Part shown: positions 38,504 to 48,099 of the stretch, piece after piece | Numbering within the stretch: position 1 is the first letter of the stretch | Layout of the letters: every line of letters begins with the position of its first letter | Assembly: GCA_026770705.1 (NCBI GenBank) | Contig: JANJGN010000016.1 | Location: forward strand, 85,746,001 to 85,810,000 | DNA: 64,000 bases | Source: Isurus oxyrinchus | Taxonomy: Eukaryota | Direction: 5' to 3' | Program-made: the position numbers and the translations under genes | The notes under the pieces: generated by a model | Told to the model about the DNA's origin: nothing | Database searches by the model: none | The model's input: only the letters and a program-made list of their open reading frames with translations

Positions 38504-39490
38504 GTTGCACACAGCAACACCTGGAAAATTGCCCAGGTATGTCCTGTACACAAAAAGCAGGACAAATCCAACCTGTCCAATTACCGCCCCATCAGTCTAC
38601 TCTCCATCATCAGTAAGTGATGTAAGGGATCATCAACTGTGCTATCAAGTGGCACTTGCTCAGCAATAACCTGCTCACTAACGCCCAGTTTGGGTTCTGC
38701 CAGGGCCACTCAGCTCCTGACCTCATTACAGCCTCAGTTCAGACATGGACAGTGGAGCTGAACTCCCGAGGTGAGGAGAGTGTGACTGTCGTAGACATCA
38801 AGGCCGCATTTGACTAAGTGTGGCATCAAGGACCCGAGCAAAACTGGAGTCAAAGGGAATCGGGGGAAAACTCTCTGTGGGTTGGAGTCATACCTAGCAG
38901 AAAGGAAGATGGTTGTGGTTGTTGGAGGTCAGTCATCTCAGCTCCAGGACATCACTGCAGGAGTTCCTCAGGGTAGTGTCCTTAGCCCAGCCATCTTCAG
39001 CTGCTTCATCAATGACCTTCCTTCCATCATAAGGTCAGAAGTCGGTGTGTTCGCTGAAGATTGCACAATGTTCAGCACCTCAGATACTGTAGCAGTCCCT
39101 GTACAAATGCAGCAAGACTTGGACAATATCCAGGCTTGGGCTGACAAGTGGCAAGTAACATACATGCCACTCAAGTGCCAGGCAATGACCATTTCCAACA
39201 AGAGGGAACCCAACCATCGCCCCTTGATGTTCAATGGCATTACCATCACTGAATCCTCCACTATCAATGTCCTGGGGGTTACCATTGAGCAGAAACTGAA
39301 GTGGACTAGCCATATAAATACTGTGGCTACAAGAGCAGGTCAGAGGCTAGGAGTCATGTGATGAGTAACTCAACTCCTGACTCTCCAAAGCCTGTCCACC
39401 ATCTACAAAGCACAAGTCAGGAATGTGTTGGAGTACTCTCCACTTGCCTGGATGAGTGCACCTCCAACAACACTGAAGAAGCTGGACACT
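38504..39490 (+). mobile_element. Non-LTR retrotransposon reverse-transcriptase fragment
   Basis: WKIAQVCPVHKK..NYRPISLLS near 38520-38615. ORF 38810-39361 contains GVPQGSVLSPAIFSCFINDL..FAED..WADKWQV. Frameshifts and stops are present. Confidence 0.9.
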
Positions 39491-39766
39491 GTATTTAAAC
39501 TGCAGCCGTGCGCACACTTCTCAATGCTTGCAGCCTGGGGCTGCTCCGGTGAAGACTTGGCCCCAAAAACCAAGCAGAGTGCAGCCCCCGATTCAGTGAC
39601 GCATATCTATGATGCCTTCTGAACACTGTGGAGGCCCATCCTGATGTCCTCTAACCCCGCTCTGGCCACAGGAGGGCCACTAGTTTCAGATTTTTGGCTG
39701 TCTCACCATATTATTCCCACTGCTCACCATGACACCTGACACCAATGGGGCCGGAAAATTCCGGCC
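39491..39766. mobile_element. Possible MITE / non-autonomous DNA transposon fragment
   Basis: GC-rich non-coding insert that truncates the RT fragment and ends in GGAAAATTCCGGCC. Confidence 0.35.
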
Positions 39767-39769
39767 ATA

Positions 39770-40085
39770 GTGAGAGAGGAAATATTAATTGTTGGAAAAT
39801 ATTCTGAGGGAAATTTTAATCATCTTTGAGAAAGATACGACCAAGGACAGTCAACATGGACTTGTTAAGGGAAGGCCGTGTCTGACTAACTTGCTTGAAT
39901 TTTTTGAGGAGGTAACAAGGAGGGTTCATGAGGGGAACGAGTTTGATGTGGTCTATTTGGATTTTAGCAAGACTTCTGACAAGGTTCCACATGACAGACT
40001 AGTCAGAAAATTAAAAATTCATGGGATCCCAGGGAAAGGGGCAAGTTGTGTTTCAAATTAATTGAGCGGGAGGAGGTAAATGTTT
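39770..40085 (+). mobile_element. CR1 LINE RT fragment
   Basis: ORF 39789-40061 reads SQHGLVKGRPCLTNLLEFFEEVT..DVVYLDFSKTSDKVPH. Confidence 0.9.
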
Positions 40086-40369
40086 GATGTTAAGCTGGTT
40101 AAATCATATTGGGCTGTTACTTAGACATTTGTAAAGAGGGTTACCACAAATTCAGCACTGAAATGGTTAATAGTAAGAGTGTTTAAAGACTCAGTGTCCC
40201 TCTAAGACACTGTTAAGCTGTCAGGAAGCTCTGACTATTGATCAGCCTGTCCGGGGGAAACAGGTTCAGCATTAACAATCCTCAGATCACACACACATCG
40301 AGAGAACTTTATCCCAGAATGTTGGAGCACACTTGGATCAACCCACTTCAGAAAGGATTCAGATTGGGT

Positions 40370-42095
40370 GTCATAGAATAAAATGATAGAATGTTTCTGG
40401 CACAGAAAGAGACCACTCGGCCCATCATGTCTGTGCCACTGAAATACGAGCTGTCCGGCCGAATCCCACTTTCCAGCATTTGGTCTGTAGTCCTCCAGGT
40501 TAAGGCTCTTGTGGTTCATATCCAGACACCTTTTAAATGGTTTGAATGTTCCTGCCTCTGTGACCCTTTCAGGCCGTGAGTTCCAGAGCCTCATCTCCCA
40601 TCTAATCTTTCTCCCAATCATTTTAAATCTATGCCCCCTCATCACTGACCTCTCTGCTAAAGTAAATAGGCCCGTCCCATGCACTCTATCCAAGCCCCTC
40701 AATCAAATCTCCCCTCAGCCTCCTCTGTTCCAAGGAGAACAACCCCAGCCAATCCAATCTCTCCTCATAGCTGCAATTTTCCTGTCCTGGCAACATCCTG
40801 GTTAAAGCTCCTCTGTACCCTCTCTAATGCAATCACATCCTTCCTGTAATGAGGTGACCACAACTGCGCACTGTACACAAATTGTGGCCTAACTAATGAT
40901 TTATACAGTTCCAGCATAACCTCCTTGCTCTATACCTCGGCTAATGATTGAAAGGATTCCATGTTCCTTCTTAACCACCTTATCGACCTGTTCTGCTACC
41001 TTCAGGAGTCTGGACATTCACCCCAAGGCCCCTCACTTCCTCTACACCTCTCAGTATCTTCCCATTTATTGTTTATTCCTTTGCTTTGTTTGACCTCCTC
41101 AGATGCATCACCTCACACTTCTCTGGGGAGAATTCCATTTGCCACTTTTCTGTCCACCTGACCAGTCCATTGATATCTTCCTGCAGCCTACAACAATCCT
41201 CCTTGTTATCTACCATGCAGCCAATTTTTGTGTCGCCTGTAAACTCCTTGATCAATCCCCTACATTTATGTCCAAATCATTAATATACACACAAAAAGCA
41301 GGGGACCTAGGCCTGAGCCCTGCAGAAACACACTGGAAACAGCCTTCCAGTCACAAAAACACCATCAATAATTACCCTTTGTTCCTGGCCACTGAGCTAA
41401 TTTTGTATCCAACAGGCCCCATTCCCCTTGACCCCATTGGCTTTTATTTTAATAACCAGTCTGCCATGTGGAACCTTCTCAAAAACCTTGCTAAAATCCA
41501 TGTAGATAACATCAACTACACTACCCTCATCAATCCTCCTTGTTACTTCCTCAGAAAAGATCAACAGATTAGTCAGACATGACGTTCCCTTATCAAATCC
41601 ATGTTGACTGTCCTGGATTAATCTGTGCCTTTCTAAGTGACAGTTTATCCTGCCCATCAGAATTGATTCCAATTATTTGACCACCAATGAGGACACAGTG
41701 ATTGCCCTGTGATTATTTGGCTTAAACAAAGGTGCAACATTATCAGACCTCCAATCCTCCGGCACCTCACCTGTATCTAGTGAGGATTGGAAAATGAGGA
41801 TCAGACCCTTCGCAATTTCCTCCCTGGTTTCTGATAACAGCCTGGGGCACATTTCACTCTCAAGGATGCTAATCGCCCTCATACTTCCTCTCTCCCTATG
41901 TTTATCACATCCAATATTTCACACTCCTCCTCCATAACAACAATGTCTAATTGTTCCCTTTCTTTTGTGAAGACAGACGCAAAGTATTCATTCAGAACCA
42001 TACCCACATCCTCCCCCTCCTCACATAGGTTACCTTTTTGGTCTTTTATGGGCCCTACTCATCCCTTAGTAATCCTCTTACTCTTAATGTGTTGA
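40370..42095 (-). mobile_element. CR1 LINE, 5'-truncated, with 3' terminus
   Basis: ORFs 41673-41882 (VPEDWR), 41397-41672 (SQHGF..CLTNLL..YMDFSKVFEKVPH), 41073-41255 and 40235-40702. ATTCTATG-like terminal repeats lie near 40370-40392. Confidence 0.92.
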
Positions 42096-42259
42096 GAAAA
42101 CAGCTTTGGGTGTTGAAGGTTCTAGATTTCATTTCAAACCTTGCCGGCCAGCACTGGGGTGACGTTAATGGTGAGGCTTCAATTAGTCTCAGAGTCTGGG
42201 GGTCAGACAGGGTCAGTGCGAGGTCAATGGCACCTCACAGGGTCAGCATCAGGAATCTC

Positions 42260-42660
42260 CAACTTCAAAGAAAGGCTTGCATTTCAATGGTACCTACAAC
42301 CACCTCAGGATGTCCCAGATTGTTCCACAGCCAACAGCACGATCCCAGATAGCGGATTGACAATGACCAGATAATCAGATGTGTAGTGATGCAGATTGAG
42401 GGATAAATATTGTCCAGGAAATCCGGGGGAACTCCCCTGCTCCCCTTCTCATAGCGCCTTCGGATATTTGACATCCCCCTGAGAGGGCACTCCTCAGTTT
42501 GTCTCATCTGAAAGACGGCTCCTCTGACAGTGCTGCCCTCCCTCAATACCGCACTGGAGTCTCAGCCTGGATTATGTGCTCAAGTCTCTGGAGTGGGATT
42601 TGAACCCACAACATTGTGACTCTGAGAGGAGAGTGCTACCCATTGAGGCACGGTCGACAC
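42260..42660 (-). mobile_element. tRNA-derived SINE with Deu-domain-like core
   Basis: Minus-strand head CCGTGCCTCAATGGGTAGC (A-box-like), then GGTTCAAATCCC (B box, ~42595-42606), then GCCGTCTTTCAGATGAGAC (Deu-like core) and an L2-type tail. Confidence 0.75.
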
Positions 42661-43367
42661 CTCACGGTCCAATAGCCTGTCCTGTTCACTCTCCCGCCTC
42701 ACACTTGGAGGAATGAGCCCACTTGGGGAGGGTGGAGCTGTTCCCCAGTCAGAGACAGTGTGTTCAGGAGAGAGATGGAGAGCAGATTCCGGGAGGCCTG
42801 GAGTCTAGAGGGTGACATTTAAACATTCGGGGGAAACGGAGAGTCTCCCCGAAACCCTGGAACACTGAAGCCACTGGATTGTGGGCCCTGCTCTACCTGT
42901 TTGTCATCAGAACTTTGCCAAGAGACAACCAGGGAGTGGAGAGAGCAGAGTTCAAGCTGGGGGAGGTGGGATCTCGGTGTCTCACTGTGCTGGTGCTGTG
43001 ATCAGTTATATCAGAGACTGTGAGAGGGAGCCGGAGCTCATATCAAACTCTGCCCGTGTCTGTCACACTGAGACTGACAGGAGTCTAGTGAGTGATTTCA
43101 GTCCATGGTGCAGCAATGTCAGCACAGTCTGCAAACGTCCAGATCTCCTCTAGACGGTGGGTAAAAGTTGGTTATTTCTATCTTGCTGCTTAAAGGGGGG
43201 AATGTAATGAAAGAAATACAGCTGGGCACCCAGTTATACACAGTGTTGTTCGCTGAACCATTTCATTCACTGCAATTCCTCACTAACACCTTCAACTATT
43301 CAGCATTAGTGGTTGAGAAAGTTTCAGTATAGAAAGGGTTAATAAGGGAGGATTGGGGTTTACTTAC

Positions 43368-43402
43368 TCAGTCTGAGTTTGGTTCCTTTAGTGAATGGAT
43401 AC
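43368..43402 (-). CDS. IGKJ: Immunoglobulin light-chain J segment (kappa-type), YPFTKGTKLRL(S)
   Basis: G TAT CCA TTC ACT AAA GGA ACC AAA CTC AGA CTG A|gtaagt. It is preceded by a 23-RSS and has a perfect phase-1 donor that splices in frame to C. The FGxG motif is altered to FTKG. Confidence 0.93.
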
Positions 43403-43441
43403 CACAATGAGAGATTCCAGTGCAGGGGCTGTACAAAAACC
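43403..43441 (+). other. 23-bp-spacer recombination signal sequence of J
   Basis: Heptamer CACAATG 43403-43409 (one mismatch to CACAGTG), 23-bp spacer 43410-43432, perfect nonamer ACAAAAACC 43433-43441. Confidence 0.95.
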
Positions 43442-43461
43442 TCAGCTCTCTGCTTCACTCA

Positions 43462-43745
43462 GTCACTCTCACCCTCTCTCTGTCTCTCACTCACACTCAC
43501 CTTTAACTCACTCTCACCCTCTCTCTGTCTCTCACTCACACTCACCTTTAACTCACTCTCACCCTCTCTCTGTCTCTCACTCACACTCACCTTTAACTCA
43601 CTCTCACCCTCTCTCTGTCTCTCACTCACACTCACCATTAACTCACTCTCACCCTCTCTCTGTCTCTCACTCACACTCACCTTTAACTCACTCTCACCCT
43701 CTGTCTCTCACTCACACTCACCTTTAACTCTCACTCTCACACAAT
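43462..43745. repeat. 45-bp CT-rich minisatellite, ~6 copies, next to the J-RSS
   Basis: Unit ACTCACTCTCACCCTCTCTCTGTCTCTCACTCACACTCACCTTTA; CTTTA recurs at 43501, 43546 and 43591. Confidence 0.93.
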
Positions 43746-43984
43746 CTCTCTTTCTGTCATTGCCTCTCTCTCTCTGTTTTTCTCTCTCCCTCTCTTTATG
43801 AGTTTTGTGCAGTAGTGCTCGATTAAGTTGAGCAGTTAAACATTTTATGATAAACCTTCCAGCTGAACTTTAAATGTGGACATGGAAAAAAGGTAAACTT
43901 GAGGCCTTCAGTGGGTGGTGGACACCACAGGGACTGGAGTGTGTAGTGGAGAGTGAAAATAAATTGTTCAGTTTGCGTTCTTGA

Positions 43985-44950
43985 GTTTATTATATGTTCG
44001 ATATAACTGTGTCAGTACAGGAGTTGGGACTGTGTGTCCATTATTATATATTCTCTATAACTGTGGGATGTGTCAGTTCAGGAGGTGGTGCTGTGTGTCC
44101 ATTATTATATATTATGTATAACTGTGGGATGTGTCAGTACAGGAGGTGGTGCTGTGTGTCCATTATTATATATTATATATAACTGGGATGTGTCAGTACA
44201 GGAGGTGGGACTGTGTGTCCATTATTATATGTTCTATATAACTGTGGGATGTGCCAGTACAGGAGGTGGGACTGTGTGTCCATTATTATATATTCTATAT
44301 AACTGTGGGATGTGTCACTACAGGAGGTGGGACTGTGTGTCCATTATTATATATTCTATATAACTGTGGAATGTGTCACTACAGGAGGTGGGACTGTGTG
44401 TCCATTATTATATATTCTATATAAATGTGGGATGTGTCATTACAGGAGGTGGGACTGTGTGTCCATTATTATATATTCTATATAACTGTGGGATGTGTCA
44501 GTACAGGAGGTGGGACTTTGTGTCCATTATTATATATTCTATATAACTGTGGGATGTGTCACTACAGGAGGTGGGACTGTGGGTCCATTATTATATATTC
44601 TATATAACTGTGGGATGTGTCAGTACAGGAGGTGGGATTGTGTGTCCATTATTATATGTTCTATATAACTGTGGGTTGTGTCAGTACAGGAGGTGGTGCT
44701 GTGTGTCCATTATTATATATTTTATATAAATGTGTGATGTGTCAGTACCGGAGGTGGGATTGTGTGTCCATTATTATATATTCTATATAACTGTGGGATG
44801 TGTCAGTACAGGAGGTGGGACTGTGTGTCCATTATTATATATTCTAGATAATTGTGGGATGTGTCAGTACAGGAGGTGGGACTGTGCGTCCATTATTATA
44901 TATTCTATATAACTGTGGGATGTGTCAGTACAGGAGGTGGTGCTGTGTGT
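43985..44950. repeat. 61-bp minisatellite, ~16 copies, abutting the V-RSS nonamer
   Basis: Unit CTGTGGGATGTGTCAGTACAGGAGGTGGGACTGTGTGTCCATTATTATATATTCTATATAA; the last partial copy ends 5 bp from the nonamer. Confidence 0.96.
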
Positions 44951-44955
44951 ATTGA

Positions 44956-44983
44956 GGTTTTTGTCAGGCTCTGTATCACTGTG
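44956..44983 (-). other. 12-bp-spacer recombination signal sequence of V (perfect consensus)
   Basis: Minus strand CACAGTG-ATACAGAGCCTG-ACAAAAACC. V-12/J-23 is the kappa-type configuration. Confidence 0.98.
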
Positions 44984-45278
44984 TAGGGGTAGCTGTAAGC
45001 TTGCTGACAGTAATAATCAGCAACATCCTCATTCTGTACATTGCTGATTGTCAGGGTGAATTGAGTGCCAGATCCACTGCCGGTGAATCGCTCGGATGTT
45101 CCTGTGAATCGGTTTGTTGCATAGTAGATCAGGAGAGTAGGTTTCTGTCCTTTTCGATGCTGGTACCAATGCAGATAGTTGCTAACAGACTGACTGGCTG
45201 TACAGGTAATGGTGGTGGTCTGGCCCAGACTCACTGACACCAGGGGAGACTGGGTCATGGTGATGTCCCCTCTGATAC
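44984..45278 (-). CDS. IGKV: Immunoglobulin light-chain V exon (end of leader plus V region), kappa-type, germline unrearranged
   Basis: Acceptor attacccctcag|GT. Translation (G)[97 protein letters not shown] has the conserved Cys, Trp and DxADYYC, and is followed by the 12-RSS. Confidence 0.97.
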
Positions 45279-45464
45279 CTGAGGGGTAATAGAGAAACAG
45301 AGTGAAGTAAGAACTGTCACACAAAGAGCCTGTAAAATGAGATATTGTTAGAGACAGTGACCGTTCCTCTGCTTTCAGCATTTTCCCTTCAATCACAAGT
45401 CAGTCGAATTGGATGGAAATGTAGAGCAGGACAATATTCACGGTGGAAGGAGAGAGATTTGTAC

Positions 45465-45513
45465 CTGCGATGCAGAATGCCAGAGGCCAGATCAGCTGGA
45501 TGGCTGAAATCAT
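45465..45513 (-). CDS. IGKV: Leader (signal peptide) exon of the V gene, MISAIQLIWPLAFCIA(G)
   Basis: Kozak-like ACACCATG, 16 hydrophobic codons plus 1 nt, donor G|gtacaa; the 186-bp phase-1 intron joins in frame to the V exon. Confidence 0.92.
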
Positions 45514-45573
45514 GGTGTCTGCTCCTGTCCCTGTGCCTGGTCACTGATAAACTCTCCTTTCACTGGGCTCAGC

Positions 45574-45671
45574 TTTATAATGCTGCAGCCTGTCAGAGTC
45601 TCACTGGCTGTTCCTCAGTATGTAAATGGTATCACCCAGAGAAAACCACGTCAGCACCTTTCACTTCCTCT
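45574..45671 (-). promoter_or_regulatory. V promoter: TATA box, variant octamer, Ets-IRF composite element
   Basis: Minus strand: TATAAA 45574-45579; ATTTACAT 45620-45627 (consensus ATTTGCAT, in the light-chain orientation); GAGGAAGTGAAA spanning 45659-45670. Confidence 0.8.
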
Positions 45672-45674
45672 TCA

Positions 45675-46090
45675 ACTCTCTCCCTCCCTCTCTCAGTATC
45701 TGTCCATCACTCTCTGTCTCTCTCTATCTCTCTCAGTATCTGCCCATCACTCTCTGTCTCTCTTTCCCTCTTCCAGTGTTTGCCAATAATTCTCTGTATC
45801 TCTCTCCCTCTCTCTGTCCAATACTCCCTGTCTCTCTCCCTCTCTCTCTGTCCATCACTCTCTGTCTGTCTCTCTCTCCCTCTCTCTGTCCGTCACTCCC
45901 TGTCTCTCTCTCCCTCTCGTTCTGCCTGTCTCCTTGTCTTGTTCTTCTTGTCTCACTCTCCTTGTTTGCTCTCTCTCTCCCTCCCCTTCTCTTCCTTTCC
46001 CTCTCTCTCCCTCTCACTCTTTGTCTCTCTTTCTCCCTAACTTTCTGTCTCTCTTTCTTTGTCCCTCCACCTACTCATTTTTCTCTCTCC
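45675..46090. repeat. CT-rich low-complexity / degenerate tandem repeat upstream of the promoter
   Basis: Polypyrimidine tract with recurring TCTGTCCATCACTCTCTGTCTCTCT-like units. Confidence 0.9.
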
Positions 46091-47110
46091 TGAGAAGTGG
46101 GGTCAACCTCCTGGAATCCAATCTATCAAATCCCTTCAGGATTTTATATGTTTTAATAAGATCCCCTCTCATTCTTCTCCATTGCACTGACTGGAGGTCC
46201 AACCTGTCCAACCTGCCTTCATGAAATAAGCCCCTCATCCCAGGAGTGAGCCGAATGAACCTTCTCTCAACTGCTTCGAACGCAATTATATCCTTTTTCA
46301 AATAAGTCCAAAACTGTACACACTGCTCCAGATGTGGTCTCACCAATGTCCCTGTACAGCTGCAGTAAAACTTCCTTATGTTTATATTCCATTCCCCTTG
46401 CAACAAACTCCAACATTCCATGTGCCTTCCGAATCACTTGCTGCATCTGCAAACCAACTTTTTGTGATTCATGCACCAGGACACCCAGATCCCTCTGGAT
46501 CTCAGAGTTCTGCAGGATCTCTCTCCATTTAAATAATATCCTGCTTTTGTATTCTTCCTGTCAAGTTCACATTTTCACACATTACGCTCCATCTGCCAAA
46601 TTGTTGTCCTCTCACTTAACCTGTCCATATCCCTTTGCAGACTCCCTACCTCCTCTTAACAAATTACATTCCTACCCATCTTGATGAGATCGACACATTT
46701 AGCTACCTTACAGGCCGCTCCGTGCCTCAGGGAGATTTTCCCGTGCACACTCGCACTCATGCACAAAGCTCTCCGCTTACCCCCCTCCCTCCCTCCACCG
46801 ACACAGGCAGCGCTGAGCGCTGTAGCACGTGGTTCACGCTGGGAGGGCTTTAATTGGCTCGCCTTTGTGAAATCCCGCTCAGGCTCCAATCACAGGCAGT
46901 GGTCGGCTTCCTGAACGCCCACTCTCACCCCCACCGAGTTCATCCGACGAGAGCAAAATCCTGGCCCATGAGCTCTCATCTTATGCAGCAATGTTTGATG
47001 TGTCAGCTTTTCAAATGCATTTAAAAATTCCGTGTACACCACATCTACAGTTTCCCCTTTATCCTTGTGTCTTCCTCAAAGGTGAACAATCACACATCGA
47101 CAACAAGGAA
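46091..47110 (-). mobile_element. CR1 LINE fragments interrupted by a MITE-like insert (~46720-46967)
   Basis: ORFs 46071-46421 (LVRPHLEQCVQFW..RRMRGDLIKTYKIL) and 46267-46476. The insert ends in GCAAAATCCTGGCCC, and CR1 RT-like sequence resumes at ~46990-47110. Confidence 0.8.
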
Positions 47111-47142
47111 CTGTCCCAGAGATCAACCATGGTGTCCATGTG

Positions 47143-47421
47143 CCACTGGACCCTCCAATAGAGACCAGTAAACATGGGCCTCCTTCCCACTGGACCCTCC
47201 AATAGAGACCAGTAAACATGGGCCTCCTTCCCACTGGACCCTCCAATAGAAACCAGTAAACATGGGCCTCCTTCCCACTGGACCCTCCAATAGGGACCAG
47301 TAAACATGGGCCTCCTTCCCACTGGAGCCTCCAGTAGGGACCAGTAAACATGGGCCTGATTCCCACTGGACCCTCCAATAGGGACCAGTAAACATGGGCC
47401 TCCTTCCCATTGGGCCTCCAG
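47143..47421. repeat. 44-bp minisatellite, ~6 copies
   Basis: Unit CCACTGGACCCTCCAATAGAGACCAGTAAACATGGGCCTCCTTC at 47143, 47187, 47231 and onward. Confidence 0.95.
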
Positions 47422-47424
47422 TAT

Positions 47425-48062
47425 CTGAGCTTCAAACTCCACATCTCTCCATCCCGTAAGCCTCTCATTTCCATCTCCACAACATTGTCCGTCTCTACAC
47501 TACATCAGCCCCTTGACCACAGAAACCCTTATCCCTGTTTGTCTCGCCTCCGGACTCCATTATTCCGATGTCCTCTCCCGGCTTCCTTCATCCACGATCC
47601 ATAAATCCCAACTGTCCGAAATGCAGTGTTCCATACCCTGTGCCACATGAAGTGTTGTTCCTAGATTATCCCTGACCTCACTGACCTGTAACCCCTGACC
47701 CCACTGCCCTCCAATTCCCTCCATGGCCTCACTCCTCCCTTCCTCTGCGTTCTGCTGCAGACTCACATTCCCTCCCTCACCCTTCCACCTTCTGACTCTG
47801 CTCTCCTGCCCATCGCTGCTTCCTTCATCCCACCATTGACAGCAGAACCTTCAGACGCCGAGGCCCAGCTCCCTGAATTGCTGCCTTAATCCCTCCCCCT
47901 CTCCAGGACTCTCTCTCCTCCATTAAACTCCATCCTTTCCCCATGTCTTCAACCACTCTTCCAAAAGCCCCCCCATCCCCTCCCCCCGTTTCTCTTACTG
48001 CAGCTCTCTGAAACCTCTTGGGATGTTTTTTATGTTAAGGCGCTATAAAAATTCACGTTGTC
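47425..48062 (+). mobile_element. Degenerate L2 LINE 3' end
   Basis: Decayed ORF2 C-terminus followed by the L2-type tail TTGGGATGTTTTTTATGTTAAGGCGCTATAAAAAT. Confidence 0.65.
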
Positions 48063-48099
48063 GATGAGAGAATTGTGGTCAGTGGTGATGGCTCCTGCA

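Noticed and set aside
42560-42660. tRNA genes at the A/B-box heads (also 48900-48990)
   Set aside because: No complete cloverleaf is evident and the heads continue into SINE/LINE bodies.
42983-43245. Isolated perfect heptamers in the J-C intron (CACTGTG 42983-42989, CACAGTG 43239-43245) as an analogue of the kappa-deleting-element intron RSS
   Set aside because: Neither has a nonamer at 12 or 23 bp, no partner 23-RSS was seen downstream of C, and 7-mers at this frequency are near chance.
43368-45278. Germline-joined VJ gene (common in cartilaginous fish)
   Set aside because: V and J are separate, with intact facing 12- and 23-RSSs.
44905-45396. 163-aa ORF as a single-exon protein
   Set aside because: Its N-terminal part is leader intron and its C-terminal part is RSS and minisatellite; only 44984-45278 is exon.
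45345-46224. Ser/Leu-rich ORFs upstream of V (and similar ORFs at 43379-43801 and 47059-47480)
   Set aside because: They are translations of CT-rich or minisatellite repeats with no coding features.
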